Translations under genes and position numbers: made by a program
Shown: piece by piece, positions 12,238 through 25,778 of the stretch
Layout: the number at the start of each line of letters is the position of its first letter
How positions within the stretch are numbered: the stretch's first letter is position 1
Assembly: GCA_951406725.2 (NCBI GenBank)
Contig: OX597814.1
Location: 6,076,001-6,140,000, forward strand
Direction: 5' to 3'
Length of the DNA: 64,000 nucleotides
Source of the DNA: Octopus vulgaris
Taxonomy: Eukaryota
The notes under the pieces: model-generated
What the model was told of the DNA's origin: nothing
Databases searched by the model: none
What the model saw: only the letters and a program-made list of their open reading frames with translations

Positions 12238-12682
12238 GGATCTTTTCCTTTTGAACGGCAGATTTCAACACAATTTCTAGTTAACTAAACATTTTAAAAC
12301 TTCGTATACTGGTAGAATGTGTCAAAAGAAAACATTATTTTCACTTGGCTTTTTTGATAAATTTGTAATTCGTTTGTTTAACGTAGTTTAATTTTTCGAA
12401 TTTTAACCAATCCTATGCTCTCTTTTGAGCTGAAATCATTTGCTGCGTCTCGGATGTTGTCTCAGTTTTTAGACGCAGCAAAAGATTTCAGCTCAAAAGA
12501 GAGCATAGGATTTGTTAAAATTCGAAAAATTAAACTACGTTAAACAAACGAATTACAAATTTATCAAAAAAGCCAAGTGAAAATAATGTTTTCTTTTGAC
12601 ACATTCTACCAATATACGAAGTTTTAAAGTGTTTAGTTAACTAGAAATTGGGTTGAAATCTGGCTCCAAAAGGAAAAGATCC
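12238..12682. mobile_element. Fully palindromic MITE (arms ~212 bp, 20 nt loop)
   Basis: 12238-12450 is the near-exact reverse complement of 12471-12682; GGATCTTTTC termini. Confidence 0.9.
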
Positions 12683-12755
12683 AAATCATTTAATTATAAT
12701 TAGTTTTCCTCAGTTTACCAAATTATTTCATCACCATCATCATCATCATTTAACG

Positions 12756-12786
<31 letters not shown>

Positions 12787-12994
12787 TTAACGTCTGTTTT
12801 CCATGCTGGTATGGGTTGGACAGTTTGATAGGAGCTGAGAAGTCAGAAAACTACACCGACCCCTGCTGTCTGTTTTGGCAGGGGTTTGTTTTAATGCCTG
12901 AATACTCTTCCTAATGCTAACCACTTTACAGAGTGGACTGGGTGCTTTTTTAAGTGGCACCAGCACCAGTGAGGCACCACCTGAGAGGTAAATG

Positions 12995-14015
12995 TAAGTG
13001 CCTCTCTTCAAGACTAACACACCACACTTTTTCAGTCTGAACTCCATTCTGATATCAGCACTGAAAGTATTCACCATATAAAAGAGGGAACTGACTTGAG
13101 ATCCATCTTTACCAAAAAGTTTGAGGTCATCCATGAATAACAAATGGTTGACTTTTTGCTGGCAGCTCTTGAACACATACCCAGCCTTTGCTTTCCTCAG
13201 AATCAGTGTTAGTGGTATCAATCACAGTACAAAGATCAGTGGGGACAGGTAGTCCCCTTAAAAGATGCCTTTCCTTATTTCTATTGTCCCTAATCTTCTT
13301 CCATATGCTGTCAGTTCTATTCCTCCACTTTGCCATATTTTTTCCAAGCACTCATTCGACATTCGATGCAATAACAAATAGGTTCATTCATTCCATAATC
13401 CAAGAATGTGAGATCATATCATACACCTTACGATCATCAATCCATGTCATGGCTAAGTTAGTTTTCCTCCTCTTGCAGTCTCTAAGTACAGTTTTGTCTA
13501 CCAGGAGTTGATCCTTGGTACCTCTGCACTTATGCTTGCAACCCTTCTGCTCATGTGGCAGGACTCCAATTTTTACCAGATGTCCATACACTGACTCTGT
13601 GACTATTCCAGTCAATACTTTCCACATAAGTGGCAAGCAGGATATTGGCCTGTAATTGTCTACCGTATTGCCTTTTTCTATGTTTTTCATGCCCAGCACT
13701 GTCCTACCCATTGTCAACCACTTTGGTGTTACTTGGTCGGCATTTATCAAAGTGTTGAGTTGTGCTGCTACTCATGCATGACATTCACCAAATCTTTTGA
13801 TCCAGTAGCCTTGAACTTCATCTAGTCCCGGGGCCTTCCAGTGGCTCATTGTTTTTGCTGATTTCTTTCACTTCCCTTACTGAAATGGCTAGTTCTGCTT
13901 GTTTTGGACAGATTACTGCTTGTTTCAGTTCTTGCAACCATTCAGCATCCTTCTTGTGCTCCTTGTCTTTGCTCCAGATGTCACTCCAAAACCTTTGACT
14001 TTCATTGTTATCTGG
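12995..14015 (-). mobile_element. R4/Dong-clade LINE reverse transcriptase remnant
   Basis: [40 protein letters not shown], with frameshifts. Confidence 0.88.
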
Positions 14016-14099
14016 TATCAAGTTTTCATCTGTACACTCAGTAGTGAAATATCTTCATGTAATACAATACAAACATTTAAATTGATAGGGTTTTTCTAA

Positions 14100-15480
14100 G
14101 GATGTGGGCAATACTTGTCAGCACAATCTTTTGAATTTCTCTGAGACATGGTTCTCCTGGGATGTTATTTAGATGTTTCTGACATCTCTTCTTTATCATA
14201 CCTAGAGTACCTGCAATAACAGGAACAGTTTTCACTTTTCTATTTCAATTTCTAGGTCCTTATAGTTACTTAATTTGTCAAATTCCTTGATGGATATATT
14301 TTTATCAGTGGGAACACTTACATCTATTAGCCTACAAGTATTTTCTTCCCTGACCTTAATGACTATGCTTGGTCAATTATCCTAGATTGTTCTGTTGGTG
14401 TTGACTGGAAAATCCCAGAGGATAGTAACATTTTCACCTCCAACAACTGGCTCAGGATGATGTTCATAACAGTAAGCAGGAATGCTGATTTTGTAGTGTT
14501 CATGTATTTTCCAATGTAAATCCTACCCTATCGTGATTTTTGTATTCATTTGGTGTCAGCACAGGACATCCTGAGATGAGATGGTCTGTTGTTTCATCAA
14601 ATGTGTCACAGAATCTGCATTTAGGGTCAGAACCATTTTGAAGAACGTTAGCTTAGTAATCTTTTGTAAGCAAACTTTGATCTTGTGCACACAATATGAA
14701 ACCTTCAGTTTCTACTTTTCAATCCTGAACTTCTCAGCTACTGATGGGTTGTTGCTTGGTTTACATTAGTATTTTGGCTTCAAAGTATATACTGTTTATG
14801 TGGAAGCATTTGGATCTACCACTCCTCAGTTTGTTTCTGACCATTTTTGCAGTCTGCTTGATCCGTTTTGCTTGTTTAGTGGCAGTGGTTTCAGATTCTT
14901 CATCTAATTCAGGGTTAATGCCAAGTTCCCTTGTGAATTTGCAAGCTCACTTGACAATAGAATGTGACTTTTTGTTGCTTCCGTGTTTGCACACAAGCTG
15001 CTGCATCCAGTCCTCTGTACTAGATAAGTACCTGTTCATTGCATTTGTGGAGGTCTTATAGCACAGTTCTACCTGCATCATTCCTTTTCCCTCCATTACT
15101 TCTAGGTAGGTACAGACGATCATGGGTGGTGCATGTTCTTAGATGTTAGTAGTTTTCTGTTCTTCTTCTCATTATTCTTTTTAAATCAGGTTTTGTTGGA
15201 ACCCCTGGAGTCTTGCACGCAGAGCAGGCTTGCTACCTGCAGCCTACGGTACCATGCTATCCATTCTTTTCAGCTCTCTAATTCTTTCCTGATTATTCTG
15301 GCTGTGCCAAGGAAGCAAACCTTTTGTAACAGTTCTACTGGGCATTCTATTCCAATTTCTTTTTTTATTCCTCTTCATGCCTTCTGATTCCCCAAGGACC
15401 CAACAATAATTGGCACTATCTTCACCTTCTTCATTTTCTAAAGCCAGGTTATTTCGTACTTAAGTGGATTGTATATATCA
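14100..15480 (-). mobile_element. Degenerate R4/Dong-like LINE C-terminal (RLE) fragments
   Basis: Broken ETEGF..QDQSL, HLISGC, RHDRV and LIDV..P.D motifs. Confidence 0.6.
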
Positions 15481-15963
15481 ACTTATTATTATTATTGAGT
15501 GAGAGAGCAGTGCATGCCATCAAAGTAACATTGGGGTAAAGTATAGGAAGCCCAGTATACCCATCAAGACTACCCATCTGATAAGGGTACACCAGGCACA
15601 TGCATCACAACCATATGTGCGTGACATGGTAACCCTATATCAAGATGAACAGTGCATGATCTTGTAAGTGGAGCCCAGTTAGAATTTTCTTCAGGTTGAG
15701 TAGTCCATCCTGCTCAAAAGGTCTCTGAATAAGGGTTGGTTGTTGAATGATGATGAACAAAACACCTCAAGATGCACCCATGTTTCCTGAGGTGAATTAT
15801 TCAAACCCCACAGAATTCCTCTCAATGCATGGCTTTGATACTCCCCCACGACTTCTACTCATGGTCAGAGAGGTATATATCGCCTGCCACTAAGGGACAT
15901 GCTCAGCTGGTTATAGTTAAACAACTGACAAGCAAACCTGTGGTATTGAACGGATATTATTAC

Positions 15964-16020
<57 letters not shown>

Positions 16021-16489
16021 CGTGGCCGTGGCACGTAAAATACTCCAATGCGACCGTACGACAGGCACCCATGCCAACCCCCTTTGCTTGTGAAGACATG
16101 TTGGGGAAATCGAAATCGAATTGAACCAGCCAGGATCCCTGGTCTGGTGGTACGTAAAAAGCACTATCCGACTCGTGGCCGATGCCAGCACCGCCTCGAC
16201 TGGCTTCCGTGCCGGTGGCACATAAAATACACCAATCTGACCGTGGCCGTTGCCAGCCTCGCCTGGCACCTGTGCAGGTGGCACGTAAAAAGCACCCACT
16301 ACACTCACGGAGTGGTTGGCGTTAGGAAGGGCATCCAGCTGTAGAAACATTGCCAGATAAGACTGGAGTCTGGTGCAGCCTTCTGGCTTCCCAGATCCCC
16401 GGTCGAACCGTCCAACCCATGCTAGCATGGAGAACGGACGTTAAACGATGATGATGATGATGATGATCATCATCATTGTTATAACTCCT

Positions 16490-17900
16490 TTCATTCATTC
16501 ACCATTTTATTGTTGCCTTGGTTTATTAGATATCAAGCTACACCACACAACCTTAAGTATCTGGCACCACTATTACAGCTGTTGCTCTGCCAAGCAAACA
16601 TTCTTTCTGGTAGAATCAGGACATTCCTCTTGATATCCAACAGCTTTCACCAACCATTCTAATTTCTTGCCTCCCTCAGGTTCCAATTATAATTGGGAAA
16701 AAAAACTTTATGGCAGTTCCAAATATTTTAGGCCATGTTATTCCTTTATTCTCTCACATTCTTTGTCGACCATTCCTGTTCCAAACAGTCAAGCATCATC
16801 AATTAAACAACACACTTGTTCCTCCTTATTGAGTGCAACAATACCTGGGGGTTTCCATAGTGTTTCATATCTAACAGTACCTTCAGATGGCCATCTCCAA
16901 GGATGTGTTCCATTTTATGGCCATACTATTTTCCCATATGTTCAAATCCAGAATTTCTTACAGATTTGCCAATGTGTGGTTGTAACAGTCTTGTCATGTC
17001 TCCAGTTATTAGAAACCCCCTGAGCAGGCATTTTACATTCAGGGACGACATCTGCAGCCATCACTTTCACCACACACTCTACATTTAGTTGAGATGTCGT
17101 CTTTATCTGTATTCTTCCTAACATATCTTGCTCTGTTTGGCTTGATTCTGTACAGAGACGATGAAACCTCTTTGTCTTTTCCTATAATACTTTCCTTTTT
17201 AACCTTTGAAATGACTTCTGATTTTGAAAAACTTTGTGTAACCATTTTGTATGTCAGTTCTACCTCTGAGGACTTCCATTTTCTCTTCATTCAGCTATTA
17301 ACAGCACCTCATCACTGTCAGCAATGCATATTCTTCAACTCTCCTCTTCTTCATCCATAGTTTTCTGTAGCTATCAGTCCACTTCATCCATCCTTTCACT
17401 TAACCCTTTCATTACTGTATTTATTTTGAGATGCTCTGTATTTCTTTCAATTACTTTAAATATAACAAAGAATTTAGTAAAATAACTAAATTCTCATTCA
17501 GCTAGTGTTAGGAACATAAATTGTGACTAAGATTTGGTGGAAGATTTGAATTCAAAACTTATGAAAACAAGATAGCTGTACTCAGAGCCAGAGCTGGTTT
17601 CAGCTGGGTTGGTAACGAAAGGGTTAAAGAAACAACCAGCCAACGTCTGCTTGTCAGTATAAAGCTTCATAGATTTTCTAGAATTTTCCTTGTCTCAACC
17701 TTGTCAAGTTCTTCCTTTGTTCACTTCATCCTTTCACTGTTGTACCTCAGGATGGAGATGGCTTTTGTGTTTATGGCAGCAATATTTAAACCATTGAAAT
17801 TTGGATCATAGTATGCCCGTTATCCTTTAGGAATATTCTTTCTTGACTTTAACTTTCACAGTTTTATCCTTTATACCACCAGCATCCAAGACTTCAATTT
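16490..17900 (-). mobile_element. Degenerate R4/Dong-like LINE remnant, interrupted by a MITE
   Basis: CRVCGE, HWQICKK and other RLE-region residues; many stops. Confidence 0.55.
17400..17627. mobile_element. piggyBac-type MITE
   Basis: TTAA-CCCTTTC...GAAAGGG-TTAA; close copy at 40018-40246. Confidence 0.85.
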
Positions 17901-18943
17901 ATCTGTATCTATCATCCCATCTTCATCATCATCATCATAATGAAATACCTTAGTTGAGATTATTAATAATTCACAACACACAATTAGAAACTAGTTTAGT
18001 TTGGGTTTCAAAAGAGAAAAACAAGAAAAAGTGAACCAAGAAAAAGCTGAAATGGAGAATGATTCCAAGAATGAATTCTTTTCTTTGAGGGTAAATATTA
18101 TAAATACTCTGCATTTTAAAATGATTTTACATTGTAGAAGGAAAAAAATTGGGAAGGAAAAGCTAAAAATTGAAGATAAAATTTAAAACATGTGTAAAAA
18201 AAAAAAAGCGATAACAATAGCAGAAAATAATAGAATCAATTTTTAATGTTTTTGATACGCACTTACTTAAAACTGTTTGTAGTTCTATAATGCAAAAACT
18301 GTGCTTTAATGTAAAGTAAAACTTTCCATCGAAATTTCATATCAATTTTTGTACCAAATGAGTTATTTTGAAATCATAGGCGGACTTCATTACAGCAGAA
18401 GTTTAGTAACAAAAGGGTTAAGGTAGAAAAAATAGATTAGTTGTGAAAGTTGATGACATACCTGTGAAACATTCTTGCTGAAAATAAGCAGAAGACATGG
18501 CAGATGTAAAGTTAAGGATATTGACAAGAAAATAACTTTAAAAATAGTTCTGTGCAAATTTAAAGAAAATATTTCAATAAAATATTCTGAAGAGAAGTAT
18601 TTGATTATTAAGATGCTATACAAACGATACATTAAGATGTCTTCACCATAAGCTATATGTAATTTTCTTAGCCTTCTCTAAGACTTCATGAAAAACAAAA
18701 TGGAGATCAACAACTTCAATTATTAACACATGTACATGCACACATACACACATAAATATATACATACATATATGTGTGTGTAAATAAATAGGTAGAATGT
18801 CCTGAAAAATGTCTACGCACTCTAACAGCTGTTAACTCATGTAATTTTCATTTGTTTTTGCATTTAACCCTGTTGATGCCAACCCATTTATGACCATCCT
18901 GATTCTATGATATGAATTTCTTCCTTTAGAGTCATATAACTCA

Positions 18944-19240
18944 CTAGCAGTATCGCCCGGCGTTGCTCGGGTTTGTAAGGGAAATAACTATATAAGCATT
19001 TTTAGAGAGTTATAGCCAAAAAATAGCAAATGCATTAAAAATGGAAAAAAAATGATGGTAAATTGTTTTTAAATTGTAGACTCATCGTAGACACGTGCTA
19101 ATACCCAGAAGGGCTTGATATGAATCACGACTATAAGATACCCGGTTTTGGTTAAACTGCACCGCAAAATGTGGGAGTAGTTAGGAATCTAAATCGAAGG
19201 AGACAGACACACACAACCTTACTTTTATATATAAAGAAGA
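18944..19240 (-). mobile_element. Non-autonomous Helitron
   Basis: 5' TC, subterminal hairpin CCCGAGCAACGCCGGG, 3' CTAG, inserted between A and T, no TSD. Confidence 0.85.
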
Positions 19241-19379
19241 TAACTTCCCATCAAAATAATGACAGATATTTTACTAAATTTGTCATTATTTTCAAAATTA
19301 ATTCAAATAAAGGCAGTGTATTTCAGTAGAAATATGGTAAGAAAAAAAGGGTCAATCCATTAGAAATAATGAAAGGGGA

Positions 19380-20270
19380 CAAACTAAACTTTGAACAATG
19401 GGAATTTATCCTCAAGTGTTAGAGGAAGTTTGAAAATGTAATTGAAATGCAAAGAGAGTTTGGGAGGGAGCAACATGACTTTCTGCCACTCAATTTGGAG
19501 TTTGGTCTGAAGTTGATGGAACTGCTCAGAATGTTCTCAGGAAACCTGGATGACAGCAAATGTTAATGAGAAAAAGGGGCCAATACATATTGCCAGAGTT
19601 CCAGAAAATCAATACAGTGAGTGAGTTGTGAGATAGAAATTCCAAAAATCAAGCATCCATTGTGTTGTGAAGCAATTCCATTGGAAAAGTGACATTCCAA
19701 GAATAGTCCATGTGCTCAATGTAAATAATCAAGATGGAACCTGTGCCGGTGGCATGTGTAAAAAGATTCGAGCGAGGTCATTGCCAGTACCGCCTGACTG
19801 GCCCCTGTGCCGGTGGAACGTAAAAAGCACCCACTACACTCTCAGAGTGGTTGGCATTAGGAAGGGCATCCAGCTGTAGAAACTCTGCCAGATCGAGATT
19901 GGAGCCTGGTGTGGCCGTCTGGTTCACCAGCCCTCAGTCAAACCGTCCAACCCATGCTAGCATGGAGGGCGGACGTTAAACGATGATGATGAAGAGTGAT
20001 GTTTTGTGAGTTGTACTTGACATGGTGTGAAGAGAATGATAGATGTTCAAACAAAGAATGTTTGGAGAGATGAAGTTACATTTAAATTCAGAGGCTCCAC
20101 AACCACAATTTTACCTATTCCACACATTATGGAGGCGTATCATGTTAATTTACCAGGAATTAGAGTACGGTGGGGCTTTATCATCAAAGTGATTAATTGG
20201 ACCATTCTTTTTGATGGAACCGTGACTGTCACTTCAAGTTCAAGTAAATGAGACCAGTCTGTCATAGAAA
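19380..20270 (+). mobile_element. Degenerate Tc1/mariner-superfamily transposase, split by an RTE 3' end at ~19737-19992
   Basis: VWRDEVTF...HN, PGI.V.WG and IGPFFFDGTVT-like segments. Confidence 0.55.
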
Positions 20271-21244
20271 GCATTCAAAGGGACTTTGAGGATGTTTTAC
20301 TTTCAGCAAGATGACCACCTCAAATCTCCCACTAACCCTAACCCTAAATTTTAGCCTTTCGTTTTTTTTCTTAATTGTTAGATTAATTTAATTGTTACGC
20401 GTGTGTCTAAAATTATTCGTTTTGTTTTTGTTTTGAGATACACGTGTATTGTTTAAACTATTTTCCATTGCTTAAGGAAAAAAAAACCCAAAGCAATGGA
20501 AAATAATTTAAACAATTAACAAACAAAATAATTCTATAATTTTATACACACGCTTTCCGTACATAAACATAACAGTGACAGGATGTTGTCTCAGTTTTAG
20601 ATGCAGCAAATGATTTTAGCTCAATAGAGGCGATTGATTGGTTAAAATTCGAAAAATTAAACTACGTTAAATTTACAAATTACAATTTTCTCAAGAAAGC
20701 CAAGAGAAAAAAATGTTTTATTTTGACACATTCTACCATTATACGAAGTTTAAAAGTGTTTAGTTAACTAGAAATTGTGTTGAAAACTGCCGTTCAAAAG
20801 GAAAAAATCCTAAAATTCTCCATGTCATGTTGAAAGGTCGGGTTTTGTTTTCTTTTTATTCCCAGACACATTTTGCCAGGCTGGTCTTTGTCCTATTTTC
20901 GGGGTATCAGAAGGAATTTCTATGATAATAAAATCGTGTTTTGAAAGAATTTTCAGAAGCCCCTGTATAAGTTCTGTACTCGTGTGGGCCTTCTATCTGC
21001 ACCTTGGCTCTATACATGATTCCTTTCTCCAGGCATTTTCCTTCCAATGGACAGGAGGTCCATCTTTGCAATTGCAATTTTTAAGAAGAGAATCAGCACT
21101 ATGATTATTTGCAATTACTTTATTGTTGTGTTGGTTAATGGAAGAGACAAAGTTTTTGCAGCAAGAATAGCTAATCTTAACTGTTCTTCTATTAAATATT
21201 CTATAAAAATAGGTTGTATATGTGTATACATATGTATATATATA

Positions 21245-21535
21245 TGTATGTAATGGGAAGGTTTATGAAAATAAACAAAAGACGAAGTCAGGTGGAGTAC
21301 AAACAAGCAAATGTATTAGTATGGCGCTCAGGAATAGAAATAGAACAAGTCTTTCATGTTTCGAGCCTCCGCTCTTCGACAGAAAGATACACAGAAAAAA
21401 AAAACAAGGAGAGAAACAAGAAGAGAAAAAAATGCATGTAGGAGCTAATGATCTATCATGGCATCCTGACTTCAGGCAGAAGTCAGAAGTCAGAGGTCAG
21501 ACGTTAGATGCTAGAGGGATAGTAGGGGAGATAAC
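21245..21535 (-). mobile_element. Penelope-like terminal-repeat fragment with hammerhead motif, lying between TA/TG microsatellites
   Basis: Hammerhead-like motif at 21350-21387; similar layout to 1038-1245. Confidence 0.55.
21350..21387 (-). ncRNA. Degenerate minimal type-I hammerhead ribozyme
   Basis: TCTTT-CTGTCGA-A-GAGC-GGAG-GCTC-GAAAC-ATG-AAAGA: stem I TCTTT/AAAGA, stem II GAGC/GCTC, core one change from CUGANGA. Confidence 0.6.
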
Positions 21536-21536
21536 A

Positions 21537-22004
21537 TGTATGTATGTATATATATATATATATATATGTATGTGTATATGTATGTATATATATGTATGTG
21601 TATATGTATGTGTATATGTATGTGTATATGTATATATATATATATGTATGTATGTGTATATGTATGTGTATATATGTATATGTATGTATGTGTATATATA
21701 TATATGTATGTATGTGTATATGTATGTATGTGTATATGTATGTATGTGTATATATATATGTATGTATGTGTATATATATATGTATGTGTATATGTATGTA
21801 TATGTATGTATGTGTATATGTATGTGTATATGTATGTGTGTATATATATATATGTATGTATATGTGTATATATATGTGTATATATGTATGTATATGTGTA
21901 TATATATATGTATATATATATATAACTTAGATAAAACTTAGATATGTTTCGACCAAAGATTGGTACAGGCCATGTCTAACTTAATAGCACCACCTGATTG
22001 TATG

Positions 22005-22053
<49 letters not shown>

Positions 22054-22210
22054 ATAATATATGTATGTGTATGTATGTATGTATGTACGTGTGTGTATAA
22101 TATATGTTTGTATGTATGTGTATATATGTATATATATATATGTATGTGTGTATATATATGTGTGTGTGTGTGTATATATATATCTATATGTATATGCATA
22201 CATATGTGAG
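21537..22210. repeat. Compound TA/TATG/TG microsatellites
   Basis: Directly visible. Confidence 0.95.
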
Positions 22211-23050
22211 TATGTGAAAAATCTTAGGAATTATGAAATTGTTTTGTTTTCTGAATCCTGGCAAGTGAATGTTTGTGACTTTAAATGAGAAAATATACAA
22301 AAGAATAAAAATAATACTGGAATGGTAAGAAGCGGTCAGCATAGCATATAAGATGGAAAAAGTAAAAGATTTACCACATAACCATGAGGAATTGCCAAAG
22401 TACATCTCCAAAGACAAACCATTAAGCAGAGAGTGGATCCAATCATATTCAATTTCTAGATATTTGTAAACGAAAAATGCTGGCTGTGTGTTGTGTTTGT
22501 AATTACAGTAAAGAATCGAGAAGAAAACAGTGAACAACTTGAAACGCAGGGAATAGTGAAAGAAACAAACTTCAACAAGAATTCTTTCAGAATTTATATC
22601 TAACAACAAAAACAATATTTTTCTTATCTGGATTTTATTTCATGTCACTTCATGAAGAAGAGATTTATATTTTATTTATTTTCATCATGAAAATCCTACT
22701 TTATTTCTCCCCCACCGCTCTCCTTACCATTTCTTCTCTCTTATTTCTTTTACAACCCAGCTTAAGCTAAGAACATTAACTTTATCCATTGTCTAATTTA
22801 ATAGAAAATTAATATTTCTGGGTGACTTGTTTGTACACATTTTTGCCTACAATTTTTTATTGTTTTTCTTAGCATTTTTACATCGGGCGTGGCTGTGTGG
22901 AAAGAAGCTTGCTTACCAACCACATAATTCTGGGTTCAATCCCACTGTGTGGCACTTTGGGCAAGTGTCTTCTACTATAGCCTTGGGCCGACCAAAGTCT
23001 TGTGTGTAGATATGGTAGAGGGAAACTGAAAGAAGCCTGTTGTATATATA

Positions 23051-23461
23051 TCTATAATATAAATTGGACATGGGTGATTGTTGTATTCTTTCTTGTCTTG
23101 CGGTTCGCAGCCAAACAGCTGGGTGGATTCACGTGAAAAATGGCACACCTGTGGAGACAGGTGCATACATTGGAATGCAGTTTGTATTTTTTTCCTAACC
23201 CCCCCATACTTACCGAGAAAATTGAATTAAAATTTTCTAATGGAATTTCCCTCTTTCTTCTGCCATTAAAACAACCAGTTGCTTAGAAGCTGTTTTCTGA
23301 CGGGGTGGGGTCAGGAAATTTTCATATAGTTGGAGGCTCCAATCGAAACAGGGGACCCGAAATGATAAGGTTGAGAAACGCAGTTATAGATTATGCCTAA
23401 CCGAAAACGATCACAGCCACATCATCCAAACAGACCGGGTGAAACTGGGCTTAGCTGCTAG
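23051..23461 (+). mobile_element. Non-autonomous Helitron inserted in the (TA)n of a SINE
   Basis: 5' TC after A, 3' hairpin ccgggtgaaactgg then CTAG followed by T. Confidence 0.75.
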
Positions 23462-25545
23462 TATATATATATATAATAATAATATTAGGGAATGAATCCA
23501 AACTTACAGGGAAAAATGAGATTTAGGATTAAATCCAATTTTATAGTATAAATATATTATATTATATTATATTAAATTAGAGATAAAACCACTATTAGGC
23601 AAATCAAACAGTGAAAAACATAAGCCAATACATAAAATTAATTCAAAAATATAAAAGTTAAAATTTAAAAAATTATTTAAATAATTTAAACTTATAAATT
23701 TTATATATATATATAAATATATATATATATGTATGTATGTATATTTTTATATTTATATATTATTTTATTTATTTATTAATTAATTAATTAATTTATTTAC
23801 TTATTTTTTTTTTATATATATCAAAAGTATTAAAAGTTTAATAAAAGATAAAGAGTAAAACACTACGATCGCTTCATGGCTGTACCAATTCGAATAACAA
23901 TAATTTAAATTCAATTAATAATTCGAGTTATTATAATATATATACAGTATTTATATTTCCCTGTGTATTGTGTTGACAAAAGAAGAAAGCTTATTTTCAG
24001 CTCTAATCCAGAAATTGGAACCAATTCACAATTAATGTGAGGTCTTTTTAATTTTCTCTCACTAGCCTGCTTTCACCCATGTGTATATTTATCTGGAGAT
24101 TTTGGTAGTTTTTTTAAGGTATTGGCACTTCAAGCCTGTTGGAGACAGGTCGTTTTCATCCTAGCTCCTTTGATATAATTATATATATATGTACATTATT
24201 ATTATTATTATTATTATTATTAATTTAACGTATTAATTGCCTATAAATTTTTATAGCATGCTGATTACTTGATAAAAATCATTAACGTGATTTTTATCCT
24301 TATATTCTATTACAAATTAATAAATAAAATAAATAAATATATACATGTACGTATTTGTGCGTCTGTTTGACCCCTCCCACCATCACTTGACAACTAATGT
24401 AGGTGTATTTACATCCCTGTAACCTAGTTGTTTGGCAAAACAGACTGATAGAATAAGTACTAGGCTTACAAAGAATAAATTCTAGGGTCAGTTTGTTCGA
24501 CTAAAGGCATTGCTCCAACATAGCTACAGTCATATGACTGAAACAAATAAAAGAATTCCTGGCTCTGACTAGTGGGCTCTGGCCATTCTGGAGCATGCTG
24601 TCATTTAGTATCTATCATTTAATGAGTATGTATATATGCTTGAGTTACAAATGGGAGGAAAAGTATTCAATACATTTTGTAAAATTTTTTTAGAAGAAGG
24701 TCATTCACAGACATTCCAATGGACCCAGGGCAGAAAAAGCTTTTTCACTGTTCATCTAAGGGGAGGCAACTCCATGGAAATCCTACTCCCCGGTAACTGT
24801 TGGGCGATCCAGAGCAATAGGAATTTGAAGAATGAGAGAATGGGACTGGCTCCACTCATCATTATCATCAGCATCGTTTAACGTCCGCTTTCCATGCTGG
24901 CATGGGATGGACGATTTTGACTGAGGGCTTGCGAGCCAGATGGCTGCACCACGCTCCAATCTTTATCTGGCAGAGTTTCTTCAGCTGGATGTTCTTCCTA
25001 ACGCCAACCACTCCTAGAGTGTAGTGGGTACTTTTTACGTGCCACCGGCATAGGGGCCAGTCAGGCGGTACTGGCAATGACCTCGCTCGAATCTTTTTAC
25101 ACATGTCACTAGCACAGGTGCCAGTAAGGCAACGTTGATAACGATCACACTCAAATGGTGCCCTTTTATGTGCCACAGGCATGGAAGCCAGTTGGCTGCT
25201 CTGGCAACGATCACGCTCGGATGGTGCTCTTGGCACCCTACTAGCACGGGCACAAGTGCCAGTAAGGCGACGCTGGTAACGATCCTGCCCGAATGGTGCA
25301 CTCAAACCATGTGAATCACTGGAATAACAATAACGAACTCCTACTGCTTTGTGGAGTAATTTTTGGGGTGTTTAAAAATGGATAAAAAGATGAACCCCTA
25401 CGGAAAATCCTGAAGGAAGGATTGTGAAGAAATTATACTTAACCAAAATCTGGCATCCTCTGCAGTGTCATAGATTCGGTGAACATATAGACTTACCTTT
25501 CTTTTGTGGTGTATCCATGAATGTGGAGGTGGTATGCATTCTTGA

Positions 25546-25778
25546 TAAGGCGGTGAGCTGGCAGAAACATTAGCACGCCGGGCGAAATGTGTAGCCGTAT
25601 TTTGTCTGTCGTTACGTTCTGAGTTCAAATTCCGCCGAGGTTGACTCTGCCTTTCATCCTTTCGGGGTTGATTAAATAAGTACCAGTTACGCACTGGGGA
25701 CGATATAATCGACTTAATCCGTTTGTCTGTCCTTGTTTGTCTCCTCTGTGTTTAGCCCCTTGTGGGTAATAAAGAAAT
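25546..25778 (+). mobile_element. tRNA-derived SINE with 16 bp TSD
   Basis: TSD tggtatgcattcttga at 25530-25545 and 25779-25794; B-box-like gagttcaaattcc. Confidence 0.9.

Noticed and set aside
20332-20347. Telomeric (CCCTAA)n
   Set aside because: Only about 2.5 units, adjacent to a transposon-derived region
21222-22288. YV/IY/CM-rich ORFs
   Set aside because: TA/TG microsatellite artefacts
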